Shown in pieces: positions 10,765-20,898 of a stretch of DNA of 64,000 nt (within the stretch, counting starts at the first letter, position 1; each line of letters begins with the position of its first letter). The stretch is taken from the NCBI GenBank assembly GCA_963805855.1, contig CAWDVW010000007.1:663605-727604 (forward strand), read 5' to 3'. This DNA is from Candidatus Dadabacteria bacterium (lineage in GTDB: Bacteria > Desulfobacterota_D > UBA1144 > Nemesobacterales > CSP1-2). The translations under genes and the position numbers were made by a program. The notes beneath the pieces were generated by a model that was not told the origin of the DNA, did not search any database, and worked only from the letters and a program-made list of their open reading frames with translations.

Positions 10765-12370
10765 TGACTTCCTCCGATATGTTTTCCTCTTTCTCTCTTG
10801 AACCTATAGTGATTGGAATAAATAGAAACTTCAGTTTCCTCTTCGTACCAATTCTCTGATAACCAAAAAGACCGCCAAAAAAATGAGTCTTAGATTCCCC
10901 TGCTGCACGAGTGTAAGAGAATATCGGTATGATTGGCTGTAAACTGACTTTGGTAGTTTTCTTGCTGGATTCCGTCCTGAATGTGTTCCACAGAAAAGAA
11001 CTAACTGTTCTCCCATCACTATATTTTTTCCATTCAAAAAACCGCCACAGGGGTGAATAGTTTCTTTCCAATCCATCGACGCCAAAAACCAATGGCTCGA
11101 GGAGAGACACAAACTGAAACGATCGATTCCCTTCGTTATCCCTCCTGTAGCTGAAAAGGGGCCAACTATCTATTCTCCTGCCACTCGTTCCACCTTCAAT
11201 TGTTGGCTCATCTTTGATATCCTTGTAGAGAAAAAATAAGATGGATTTACTGTCCCTTCTATAGTCCTCAAGTGTCACGGAGCTATACCTGTAAAGTGGC
11301 CAAAGTATAAATCCATCAGTGTCCTGATAACCTACTCCCCTTGATTCTTTGTCGCCCGAGTAAAAGGGAACCACTCTTCCTCCACCTCTCTCTCCCAGGA
11401 AATGAGCATAAAATGGGAAAAATCTATTCCCCTCCCTCGTGCCCCTCGTGATCCCGATTAAGGGCCAAGGTACGCTTAATTGCTTGAATCCCTTTTTCTT
11501 ATCTTCAAGATAATTGAAAAAGGGCCAAAAATAAGTCTTGTTTGTGAAATCCGGAGATTCAAAGCGTGTGTAAAAAGGGAAGATTGCGAAAGTTTTTCGT
11601 TCTTCATCATAAAATGTTTTGTTTCTAGACATAAAGATTGGCCAAAGCACAAACTTATCGTCCAGCTTTCCCTCCTTTTTCCTATAGCCAAATAGGGGCC
11701 AGAATCTGAAACCCCTCTGCCCACCGCCTTTATAATATCCGAAAAAAGGCCAAAGAAAACTACTGTTAATCTCCTCACCATCTCTGGTCTGCACGAATAA
11801 TGGGAAGAGGACAAATCTGATCTCATCCCTATAAAATTTATTTTTCATATTTCCAAAAAATGGGAAAAATGCAAAGTAGCTATTCTCTTTAATTTCAGCG
11901 CTCTTTGAGAATATAAATGGGAATAGATTAAATTCTTTTTCATCAAATCCATTCTTTGTTTTTTCAGACTCGAGATAAAACAAATACACAAGAAGCTGGA
12001 ATCTCCAATTATCGTCCCTTCTATCATATGTTGCAAAGGGATAAAGCATATCAAGCTCGATTGAATTCTCCTCTCTATTGTTAATAAAATAAAAAAAGGG
12101 CCGAAATCCAAACTCTGTCGATTCGTCGCTGCGCCTTGATGTTATAAACGGCCCTAAGGCATTTATCTCTTGGGCATGTGATTTCGGATCCCCTTCGGTG
12201 CTTAATAAGGGACCTAAATTAATGCCTTCAGCACAAAAAGATACATTTGCAAAAATAACTAATGATAACAATCCGAAGCATAAAACATTAAACGGTTTGA
12301 ACAATCTATCAATCCTGACCAGCTTAAAATAGGCTTTGTTTGTAAGGTAATCTCCATGTAAACACTTCAT
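10727..12370 (-). CDS. Hypothetical exported protein with many aromatic (F/L)(F/W)P(F/L) repeats
   Basis: 547 aa; signal-like segment ending VSFCA; recurring LFPF/FFPF/LWPF/FWPL motifs; overlaps both alr and mlaE. Confidence 0.75.
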   Translation of the reverse strand: MKCLHGDYLTNKAYFKLVRIDRLFKPFNVLCFGLLSLVIFANVSFCAEGINLGPLLSTEGDPKSHAQEINALGPFITSRRSDESTEFGFRPFFYFINNREENSIELDMLYPFATYDRRDDNWRFQLLVYLFYLESEKTKNGFDEKEFNLFPFIFSKSAEIKENSYFAFFPFFGNMKNKFYRDEIRFVLFPLFVQTRDGEEINSSFLWPFFGYYKGGGQRGFRFWPLFGYRKKEGKLDDKFVLWPIFMSRNKTFYDEERKTFAIFPFYTRFESPDFTNKTYFWPFFNYLEDKKKGFKQLSVPWPLIGITRGTREGNRFFPFYAHFLGERGGGRVVPFYSGDKESRGVGYQDTDGFILWPLYRYSSVTLEDYRRDSKSILFFLYKDIKDEPTIEGGTSGRRIDSWPLFSYRRDNEGNRSFQFVSLLEPLVFGVDGLERNYSPLWRFFEWKKYSDGRTVSSFLWNTFRTESSKKTTKVSLQPIIPIFSYTRAAGESKTHFFGGLFGYQRIGTKRKLKFLFIPITIGSREKEENISEEVSEQYNYLFSNHR

Positions 12371-13458
12371 ACATATACGCGAGGTACCCTTTTACCAGTT
12401 ATTGACAATATTTCATATGAAATTGTCCCAGCCCACCTTGCAACATCTTCAACCGTTACCAACTCATCTCCAAAAAGAACAACTTCATCGTCTTCTTTTA
12501 TTCCAGGTACATCTGTTACATCTATTATTGTAAGATCCATACACACCTTCCCCACCACAGGTGCACTATAGCCTTTTGTTGACACCTTAGCGCGGTTGGA
12601 AAGCATCCTCATATAGCCATCAGCGTAACCAATTGGTAATATAGCAATAACCGTCGGCCTCTTAGTAACAAACGTACCACCGTAGCTTATAGGAACGCCC
12701 GACGGCACCTGTTTTATCTGAATCACCCTAGTCTTTAACTTCATGACAGGGCTCAATTTAACCTTTTGATCAATGCCCGAACCATATAGCATTATTCCCG
12801 GCCGTACAAGATTCAAGTGCGATGCCGGGAACCTCTGAATAGCTGAGCTATTCGCTATATGAAGGTATTTCGGAAAAACACCTGCCTGATTTACAATGGA
12901 GTGGATATCCTTAAATATTCTTATCTGCTTCATAGTGTAATCCACAAGTTCCATATCGGCATTTGCAAGGTGGCTAAATAGCCCTTCCATCTTTAAATTC
13001 TTAAAGCGAAGAATTTCATCCATGAAGCCATGAAGCTCCTCAATCCCTACTCCGAGCCTCGTCATCCCTGTATCTATCTTTAGGTGATAGCTTACTTGTA
13101 CCCCGAACTTGCTTGCGTAATGGTTAAGGATAGATGCAATTCGGAGCGAATAAACAGTAGGCGTTAATCCGCACTCAACGACGGTTTTAGCTTCATTTTG
13201 ATTGATTCCGGCCAATACTAATATGGGGGCTTTCATACCCGATCCCCTAAGTTCTAAAGCCTCATCGACCGTTGCCACACCAAACAGTTGTGAACCACAC
13301 AATTCAAAAAGAGCTTTACTCACAGCAATCGCACCATGTCCATAGGCATCCGCTTTGACTATTGACATGATACCGGTGCCGTTACCAATCAGCTTTTTAA
13401 CATGAAGAAAATTTGATTTAAGTGAATTGATATCAATTTCAGCCCAGGTCGGTCTCAT
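12367..13458 (-). CDS. alr: Alanine racemase
   Basis: VKADAYGHG (PLP lysine), HLKIDTGMTRLG, GYADG and VCMD. Confidence 0.98.
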   Translation of the reverse strand: MRPTWAEIDINSLKSNFLHVKKLIGNGTGIMSIVKADAYGHGAIAVSKALFELCGSQLFGVATVDEALELRGSGMKAPILVLAGINQNEAKTVVECGLTPTVYSLRIASILNHYASKFGVQVSYHLKIDTGMTRLGVGIEELHGFMDEILRFKNLKMEGLFSHLANADMELVDYTMKQIRIFKDIHSIVNQAGVFPKYLHIANSSAIQRFPASHLNLVRPGIMLYGSGIDQKVKLSPVMKLKTRVIQIKQVPSGVPISYGGTFVTKRPTVIAILPIGYADGYMRMLSNRAKVSTKGYSAPVVGKVCMDLTIIDVTDVPGIKEDDEVVLFGDELVTVEDVARWAGTISYEILSITGKRVPRVYV

Positions 13459-13505
13459 AAAGTATTAACTATATAACTCCAATTCCACTTTTATTCAGTC
13501 TGTTA

Positions 13506-15038
13506 TCATTCAAGGCTAATAAAAACTTCCTTCATGTCTTTTGATGTAAGTCTCGATACGGTGGTTATACGATCACTGAATTTCTTCAGTGTCTCTGGTG
13601 ATTCCCTACCCGTTAAGTCAATTAGCACAGAATATATCTTAAATTTAAGCTTATGCTTTAATTCTAAAAATCCGCTTAACCACTCGTCACCAACATCACA
13701 CTCCCCATCCGTAATAAACACAACATCACCTCTTTTGAATTTCGATAGACTTAAAAGCTCCGACGCCTTATCGAGAGGGTCCTGGAAGTCAGTCCCCCCT
13801 CCAGGAAAATATTCAGCTAGTTCAATTATATCATTTTCCGACATTCCCCAGCGATTTCCCGCCCTTGACTCGAAATACTTTAGTGGCGATCCCTTCGATG
13901 AATATACTATCACCCTGAACTTCCTCCTCTGCCTCTTTGCATAGTCGAGAAGCGTTATGCATACCGCCTTTGACCATATCTCCTTGTCTCCGGACATTGA
14001 CGAACTACCGTCTAAACAGACAACGACAGGCCCCCTGCCCTTTTCTAATCTAAGATAATATTGAAGGAGCTTTTCTTCAATAAATCTTTTCATGAAATCT
14101 TTCCTGAGATGTTTATGACTTAACGCTAATAATTCGGAAGGGATTATTCGACCAAGATCAGACCCGTTGGAGACATTATATACTTCACTACCCGTTTTTG
14201 ACCACACCTTTCTTCTAGAGGTTAACATTTCCTCCTTAAGGCTACCAACCATGTTTGACAGCTTTCTTAGTTTCTCACTTTTAATCAACTTGGATGCCAG
14301 ATCAATTCTTTTTCCTAATGCTTTTTCTGCCGGAATCCCCATTGAAGATCCCCACCCTGTTATTTCATCTTCAGCCTCTTCGACCCTATCTCTAGCGATA
14401 GCCAGAGAGGATCGTATTTGTCTTTCAATTTTTTTATCAAATTTTGCCAGTATTTCTTTTTGCTCTTTAATGAGGTCTTTAAGCTCTCCTTCTGCAGCGT
14501 TGAGCTTAAAATCAGCATTCTTTTTTTCATGTCTTAATTTCTTATTATTCATGTTTTCTAGAGATTTGGCTTTATCAATTTCTTCCCATGTCTTTAACTG
14601 TTCTTCATATTCATTATGGCTTTGTACCGCTGCACTAATCTCCCACTCTCGGAGAAGTGTTTTTTTTGAAATCCCTTCATCAGATTTGATCCATTTAATC
14701 AATTCTTCACCAAGTATCAGGGTCGCAGTTGCAGACTTGAAGCCGTCAAGCACTGTTTCCTCCCTCAGACTTTTATAAGTTTCGCTCGAATGAGCCATTT
14801 CAATTATCATTCTGCCCAACGTAAAACGTTCATTACTCCCGTCTCTCGATATTATGAGTACATTTAGTTTGAAAAAGCTAGCAAATAAATCCAAAACCAA
14901 GGATCGAAAATCCGGTACGAGATTTGAACCCCTATCGATCAGATTTTGTAGTTCTTTAGATGTACCCTCAAGCTCTGAAAATAATTTTCTATCATATGAG
15001 TCGGTTTCTATTATCTCCGATGACATAAGATTACTCAT
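13506..15038 (-). CDS. VWA-domain protein (ViaA-like)
   Basis: C-terminal MIDAS motif CLDGSSSM, GGGTDF and FITDG; upstream DLGRIIPSEL. Confidence 0.85.
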   Translation of the reverse strand: MSNLMSSEIIETDSYDRKLFSELEGTSKELQNLIDRGSNLVPDFRSLVLDLFASFFKLNVLIISRDGSNERFTLGRMIIEMAHSSETYKSLREETVLDGFKSATATLILGEELIKWIKSDEGISKKTLLREWEISAAVQSHNEYEEQLKTWEEIDKAKSLENMNNKKLRHEKKNADFKLNAAEGELKDLIKEQKEILAKFDKKIERQIRSSLAIARDRVEEAEDEITGWGSSMGIPAEKALGKRIDLASKLIKSEKLRKLSNMVGSLKEEMLTSRRKVWSKTGSEVYNVSNGSDLGRIIPSELLALSHKHLRKDFMKRFIEEKLLQYYLRLEKGRGPVVVCLDGSSSMSGDKEIWSKAVCITLLDYAKRQRRKFRVIVYSSKGSPLKYFESRAGNRWGMSENDIIELAEYFPGGGTDFQDPLDKASELLSLSKFKRGDVVFITDGECDVGDEWLSGFLELKHKLKFKIYSVLIDLTGRESPETLKKFSDRITTVSRLTSKDMKEVFISLE

Positions 15039-15136
15039 TTAAATTAACGTAACACGGCAGCCTAGATGTATCAATAAAAATTTATCATGATAAAATAATC
15101 CGTCGACCAACAAATCTGATATTTGTCTGAATTCTC

Positions 15137-16300
15137 ATGGAAATAAGTGCCAAAGAAATAAAGGCTGTAACAGTTATAAGTATGATAATGGGGCTTCGGC
15201 TTTTAGGAATCTTTTTCATTCTACCTGTTTTTAGCGTATACACCATAAACTATCCGGGAGCAACCTTAACTCTTACAGGAATTGCATTTGGCATATATGC
15301 ACTTTCCCAGAGCCTTTTGCAAATACCCTTTGGCTGGGCCAGTGATATTTTCGGGCGAAAGTCTATTATGATAATAGGGCTTTTATTGTTTTCTTTTGGT
15401 AGTCTTCTATGTGCCATGGCTGGAAGCATAGATCAGTTGATCCTGGCGCGTGTAATACAGGGAAGCGGTGCGGTAGGAGCTGTAGCAATCGCTGCGCTGG
15501 GTGATTCAACACGACCTCAGATCCGAGCTGAGGCTTTCACAATCACGTCAATCATCATTGGGGCTTCATTTATAATTGGTCTGATAGGCGGCCCATTTAT
15601 TGCTGCTAAACTTGGTTTTAAAAGTCTTTTTTACACGCTTACGTTGTTAGGTCTTATTGCTCTCACAGCCACAGTCTTTTTTTTCCCTAAAATTGATGCC
15701 CATCCTGAAAATAAACAAAAAACAAGCATTTTAGCACTTATTAAAGAAATAGAGCTCCAAAGAATTTACCTTGCTTCGTTCGTTAATTCTCTTATCCTAA
15801 ATGTTTTCCTTTTTATATACCCACTGAGTTGGATATCACTTGGTGTAGAAAAATTAAACCTGTGGAAGATTTATCTTATAATCCTACTTCCAAGTGTTCT
15901 AATAATCTTCCCATACATCAGATATGCAGAGAAAAAAGGCAAATTAAAACTACCCACGAGAGCCGGATGGGTCGTACTGCTTATTAGCTACTTATTATAC
16001 CTTTTCACTGGAAACAATAATTGGATATTGTTCCTTTCAGGCATAGCGCTTTTTTTCGGATATACACTTTATCAGTCTGTTCTTCCCGCCTTTTTAACGA
16101 TGAGAGCAGCACCATCTAGCCGTGGCGTAGCAAGCGGGTTTTATAATCTGTCAAATTTTTTCGGGGCATCCCTGGGAGGAATGCTCGTCGGATATCTCTA
16201 CCATATAAATCAGTACATACCATTGGTTATCGGCTTACTCATTATATTGCTCTGGGGATTTATTGGGTTACCCAACCAACCATCTAAAATGAATGATTAG
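15137..16300 (+). CDS. MFS transporter (YajR-like)
   Basis: GWASDIFGRK MFS motif A; about 12 hydrophobic segments. Confidence 0.88.
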   Translation: MEISAKEIKAVTVISMIMGLRLLGIFFILPVFSVYTINYPGATLTLTGIAFGIYALSQSLLQIPFGWASDIFGRKSIMIIGLLLFSFGSLLCAMAGSIDQLILARVIQGSGAVGAVAIAALGDSTRPQIRAEAFTITSIIIGASFIIGLIGGPFIAAKLGFKSLFYTLTLLGLIALTATVFFFPKIDAHPENKQKTSILALIKEIELQRIYLASFVNSLILNVFLFIYPLSWISLGVEKLNLWKIYLIILLPSVLIIFPYIRYAEKKGKLKLPTRAGWVVLLISYLLYLFTGNNNWILFLSGIALFFGYTLYQSVLPAFLTMRAAPSSRGVASGFYNLSNFFGASLGGMLVGYLYHINQYIPLVIGLLIILLWGFIGLPNQPSKMND

Positions 16301-16528
16301 TATTCAAAATTTAATGTTTAATTTCCCGGGAGCATGGATTAATCATTGGTTTTGAATTCGTATTCGCCTTTTATTAAATCAAGGTATAATGAATTAATAG
16401 GATCTCACGCCATGATTGGCTTATGCTTAATTGACACCTTAAATTGTCCAATTAGACTAACATTCAAGATGCAAACCTTTAAAGTCTAAGTTCTATATTA
16501 AAACCTACATTATATTAGTATTCATGAT

Positions 16529-17812
16529 ATGACGGGTTCAATCATCAATCTACGACAATATAAATTCGAACAAGCCGAAAGAGACTTGAGATCAAAATTA
16601 ATAGATTTTACTCATCGTCCTCAGATCCAGGCTCAGATCGGTGAGGCTTTCTACATTTGGAAGAACGACCCCGAGCTTATTCAACAATATTACGAGGAAG
16701 AAGAGATCAGCGACATCACATTCACTAAGTTCTTTGATTGGTTCATATACGATTTCAAACTTATAGATATTGGTACAAGCGTAATCGAGCTTTTCTACGA
16801 GCAGGAGGCTGATTCGCTATCCAATTTTGAAAAATCCATATTGAGAGATTGGTTAAACAGCACATTTAGTTATTTTGACGTAGAAGGGGTAGTTACAAAT
16901 GAAGGGTGCAACATAAGAGACATATTTACAAATGAACTTATATTTGTAACTGATAATTCTGCCTCTAAGCAGGTTAAGATCCCCGACATAATCGGGGCAA
17001 GACTTATAACAACCGACAAAAATACCTTTTTCTCGGGTGTAATATCAGTTTACCCACAAACCTTTAAATCGTTCATCCTTGACTTTTATAATCGCGAATT
17101 TAAGGAGTTTAAAAAAACATTTGGGAAAAAATCTAGCCATCATGATTTCTTAAAAAACTGGGGCTTTCTCATTGGCAACTATTTAGACCATATATTGGAG
17201 CATTCTCGTTTTCTAACCCCCGATGGGGACGAGCTGGTTTTTGCACGGGCAGATTACAGTTTTGTCGATTTTAATCTCGTTGCGTCAAAAATCAGGGAAA
17301 TCAAGGCGATACAGGAAGTTAGTGGCGGGTCAGACGAGCTCAGAGTTTTCGTTTTATCTCACATAGAGAAAAAAAGCACAAATACGATAATCGAGGTTGA
17401 AGTTGGAAAACTCGTAATTCAAGCACATTCTATAGAATCTCTGAACAAAGCAAAAGCACTCATTGAAAAAAAACTAAAGGGACTAATTTCGCATAAAGGT
17501 GATTCAACGAAACATCCAGATTCCTTAATAAATCCTAACTCGTTGGTGATAGCTAAACAGAAGAAATTGCCATTTGGAGCCAGAAACAAGAAGGAAATGG
17601 ATAGGATTCTCGACGAATACTACGATGATTGGATTGATGAACCTATAGATGCACTGAATGGCAAGTCCCCAAGAGAAGCATTAAAAACGAAATATGGAAG
17701 AAACAAATTGATCTCAATATTATCCGAGCTCGAAAGGCTGTATAAACATGCAAAAAAGATGGGTGAACCTTACTACGATATTAAAAAATTACGAAATAAA
17801 CTCAAGCTTTGA
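16529..17812 (+). CDS. Hypothetical protein; C-terminus resembles the Xre/MbcA/ParS antitoxin C-terminal domain
   Basis: 427-aa ORF; FFDWFIYD near the N-terminus; WIDEPIDALNGKSPREA near the C-terminus. Confidence 0.6.
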   Translation: MTGSIINLRQYKFEQAERDLRSKLIDFTHRPQIQAQIGEAFYIWKNDPELIQQYYEEEEISDITFTKFFDWFIYDFKLIDIGTSVIELFYEQEADSLSNFEKSILRDWLNSTFSYFDVEGVVTNEGCNIRDIFTNELIFVTDNSASKQVKIPDIIGARLITTDKNTFFSGVISVYPQTFKSFILDFYNREFKEFKKTFGKKSSHHDFLKNWGFLIGNYLDHILEHSRFLTPDGDELVFARADYSFVDFNLVASKIREIKAIQEVSGGSDELRVFVLSHIEKKSTNTIIEVEVGKLVIQAHSIESLNKAKALIEKKLKGLISHKGDSTKHPDSLINPNSLVIAKQKKLPFGARNKKEMDRILDEYYDDWIDEPIDALNGKSPREALKTKYGRNKLISILSELERLYKHAKKMGEPYYDIKKLRNKLKL

Positions 17813-18302
17813 ATTGTCTCAGATTGTTATCCTTCCCGCTATAGAGAAAAGCCAATACCAATACAAGTAAGGCTGCAAAAGAGATCTGTAGGACTAATAC
17901 TGAACCTAGTTTGAGATAGGCAAATGATGGACTGATATAACGAATAAGCCAACCGGCAGCTATATCACCAAATGCCGACATATATGATGCCAGGATAATT
18001 ATTAACTTCCACACATTTTTAATTTTCGAAAAGAGTATGAGATGATTGAGAGTAACCAGAATTATAGCCATTGAAAAGAAATGGAAATGAGACTCCTCTA
18101 GTAATCCCAAATAGCTCTTTGGTTCTCTGAAATGCTCTTCTGATCCTCTGTAATAATCAACTATGGATTGATAACTAAAACCGATCTTAATATACAGAAG
18201 AAGATTGGTTAGCCAAAGAAAAAACAAAAACACCAGAGTAAAGACAACGATTAGCTTAAGTAGGCTATTATTCCTTATATCATTAGATATAAAAAACTTC
18301 AT
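17802..18302 (-). CDS. Four-TM membrane protein with histidines in or near the membrane
   Basis: ATG at 18302 overlaps the upstream stop (ATGA); EESHFHFF and LNHL. Confidence 0.75.
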   Translation of the reverse strand: MKFFISNDIRNNSLLKLIVVFTLVFLFFLWLTNLLLYIKIGFSYQSIVDYYRGSEEHFREPKSYLGLLEESHFHFFSMAIILVTLNHLILFSKIKNVWKLIIILASYMSAFGDIAAGWLIRYISPSFAYLKLGSVLVLQISFAALLVLVLAFLYSGKDNNLRQFKA

Positions 18303-18847
18303 TCCGGACCCTTTCCTTTTACAGCTACCTGGTAAATAGCCAGTATACTTCTGATGGATTTCATTAACGCATTCGATGTAATAGTTGCTCCCGTGATGTT
18401 TGGTATCCCCCTTCCTAACCACAGAGAATCGTCCAGAGGTCTATTTTGATATAGCTGTAGCCAACCCTTAGATGGCATGTATTCCGATGGCTCGAAAAAA
18501 GCTAGAATCTCGGTTAGCTTAAGAGTTCCCTCAGGATTTATCACAATAATCACAGTCTCGGTCTTTGTTCTTAAGTGATGCGTATCGATGACTGCGTAGC
18601 CCAGTGTTTCATTCCCCTTTTTCCCCTCATAAAATACATAAAGCTTCGAATGAAGCTGTGTTTTTGCTATGGACTCTATCTCTTCAACCTGTTCTTTATT
18701 TAAGAAGATGTTTCTTTTCAAAATATTATCCGCATCTGGAAACACATGTTTTAGAGCTTCTTCCCTCGTCATAAACACTTTGCAAAATGCCAGGGAATAA
18801 AGCAAGACAACAAGCGACAGGGTGAAACACAAAATTATCCTAGACAT
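18299..18847 (-). CDS. Exported FMN-binding domain protein (flavinylation substrate)
   Basis: Signal peptide; NITGATITS matches the [S/T]GA[S/T] FMN-attachment motif. Confidence 0.8.
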   Translation of the reverse strand: MSRIILCFTLSLVVLLYSLAFCKVFMTREEALKHVFPDADNILKRNIFLNKEQVEEIESIAKTQLHSKLYVFYEGKKGNETLGYAVIDTHHLRTKTETVIIVINPEGTLKLTEILAFFEPSEYMPSKGWLQLYQNRPLDDSLWLGRGIPNITGATITSNALMKSIRSILAIYQVAVKGKGPE

Positions 18848-18925
18848 AGTTAAGAGTTTATTTTGGCTCGAATCAAGAACGGCAAAGGTTATTATAATCT
18901 CAACAACCGCTTAATTTAACCTGAT

Positions 18926-20467
18926 TTAGAAGACATATCCAAGACCCAGGTTAAATTCGTTTTTCGCCGTTCCGGCTTCATTATCATTCCACCTATAGTC
19001 AGCCTTAATGACAACCTGCGGTATCGGTTTATAATTGATACCGAATGCTACGTTCTGACGATCATTCGCCGGATTTGTAAAAAACCCTGATGGCACCCTA
19101 TACTGTGTATTATATTTCTCGTATCTAACAAATGGTGCCAGATACTGGAAATATTGCCCAAAGTTTGCTAACGATAGCACATTATAGGCACCAACAATAT
19201 ACCATCCCCATTGTTGACTCCCGACCGAATCGTCCCCTGTGAAACCATTGTTCGCGTTAATCAGGGCCACATCGTCAAGAAATGTCCAGACAAGTAGGCT
19301 CCTTGCCTCAAAACCCCGGTATTGAAACTGAGCATCTCCTTCATACATCTGGAAAAATCCTCCTATCTTCTTTCCATTCAGAGACGAGTCAGGATTGTTT
19401 ACGCTTTCACCTTGTCCGGTATTTCCAAGGAAGACCGAACCCCCAAACTTCAATCCAGGAAATGGATCATATTCAATCCTGCTTACGAAAGCCACATTAT
19501 TTGCAAGTGCCCTGTTACCATTCTGCCTTGCATCCCTGTTGCTCGAAGCAGTGAAGCCCCTGGAATCGAAGCTGTTCATTACATAGGCTTTGTAAGTTAG
19601 ACTCCCCGGTACATACTCACTCAATCCACCAAAAAGACCAACTCCAACCTCCCTCCAAGTCGTTGGGATTATAAACCTCTCGACGTCTGGCCTTAACACC
19701 CCGTAAAAAGTCGTGGGTTCGTGAACCTCATTGATAATTCCAAAAGGAGCTAATACCAACCCCCCCCTTAGGTTTGCCGGCTCGGTGAGGAGAAAATCCA
19801 GATAGGAAAACTCAACTGAAACTTCCCCATCCTGACCGTTTAGGTTTTCTTCCGTGGTGCCGTGCTCAAACTCTATCTCGGAGTTAAATATGATTCTGTC
19901 ATTAAATTTATAGCCGAAATACAGCACCGCCCTGAGGGCATCGAGAGTGTTGTCTCCGTCTTCGGGGAATTGACCAATTATTTCACCATAACCGCCAATT
20001 GAAATACCCTGATTTGCTTTATAAACCTTCGAAGCGGCAGGTCCCATTCCAAACACCTGTTCATAAGTTGGCTCTTCAACAACTGCAGCGGATTTGATGT
20101 TATCTATTTCTTCAGCTAGAATGCCAATCTTTTCCTCAATTGATTTAAGTCTTTCCTCGGCCAATCCCTGAGTTTTTAAATCTTGGACTTCCTTGGTTAC
20201 TGCATTCAGTTTTCTCTCCAGTTCTTCTATCTTTTCCTCCGGAGTCATCTCCTGTGCGACAGTTTTAATCCTCTTCGATTCTTTAGCACTCTCGATTCTT
20301 TGTTCATCAGTCTCATTTTTACTTTGTAGCATCTTTTGAAATTGTCTCTGGCCCTGAGATAGCTCGTCAGCGTGAACCATCCCTAATAGGGAAAAAAAGG
20401 AGAGAAAAAGCATCAACACCAAGACTAGTCCTGGAAGTACATAATTATTACGGGGTTGATTTATCAT
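18926..20467 (-). CDS. Outer-membrane porin-like beta-barrel with N-terminal coiled coil
   Basis: Signal peptide, coiled coil, IGGYGE, FNSEIEFEH and HEPTTF; terminal LGLGYVF barrel signature. Confidence 0.85.
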   Translation of the reverse strand: MINQPRNNYVLPGLVLVLMLFLSFFSLLGMVHADELSQGQRQFQKMLQSKNETDEQRIESAKESKRIKTVAQEMTPEEKIEELERKLNAVTKEVQDLKTQGLAEERLKSIEEKIGILAEEIDNIKSAAVVEEPTYEQVFGMGPAASKVYKANQGISIGGYGEIIGQFPEDGDNTLDALRAVLYFGYKFNDRIIFNSEIEFEHGTTEENLNGQDGEVSVEFSYLDFLLTEPANLRGGLVLAPFGIINEVHEPTTFYGVLRPDVERFIIPTTWREVGVGLFGGLSEYVPGSLTYKAYVMNSFDSRGFTASSNRDARQNGNRALANNVAFVSRIEYDPFPGLKFGGSVFLGNTGQGESVNNPDSSLNGKKIGGFFQMYEGDAQFQYRGFEARSLLVWTFLDDVALINANNGFTGDDSVGSQQWGWYIVGAYNVLSLANFGQYFQYLAPFVRYEKYNTQYRVPSGFFTNPANDRQNVAFGINYKPIPQVVIKADYRWNDNEAGTAKNEFNLGLGYVF

Positions 20468-20497
20468 TTTGCGTACTCCTTAAAAGTTATAAGTCGG

Positions 20498-20547
20498 TAT
20501 TATGGATACGTCGCATCCATAATATCCATAACAATATGGTTTGTCAA
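20498..20547 (-). promoter_or_regulatory. Sigma70 promoter with overlapping inverted-repeat operator for the porin operon
   Basis: TTGACA (20547-20542)-N17-TATTAT (20524-20519); perfect inverted repeat TATTATGGAT-N7-ATCCATAATA at 20498-20524. Confidence 0.75.
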
Positions 20548-20898
20548 GACTTTTCTCAATTATTACAGGTACTTAGATGCAACATATTATCAATCGACAA
20601 TATTTATCAATTAGAAATATTTTGAATAGATAGAAAACAGTCCGGGCCGCGTTGTTGGCTATATGGTTCGAAAGAACTGCGTTGAGAAGGATGCAGTACA
20701 GATGTAAAATTATAGTGCAGAATAATGACCAATGCATTTGTGAATGTGGATTTTCATAGTCGCGAAATAGCAACTACCCAGACACCCCTTTAATAATTGG
20801 CAAAATGAGAAATTAATTTCGGCATCGAACGATCTTGTAGAGTTTTTCACTAATTATGTTAATGTTTTTTCATAACACTTAACATTTGTGAAAGATAA

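Noticed and set aside
18303-18422. N-terminal 40 aa of the listed 206-aa ORF (and similar extensions of bcp, the SDR and the flavoprotein)
   Set aside because: They overlap upstream genes or lack an RBS; downstream ATGs with an RBS or stop-start coupling are better starts.
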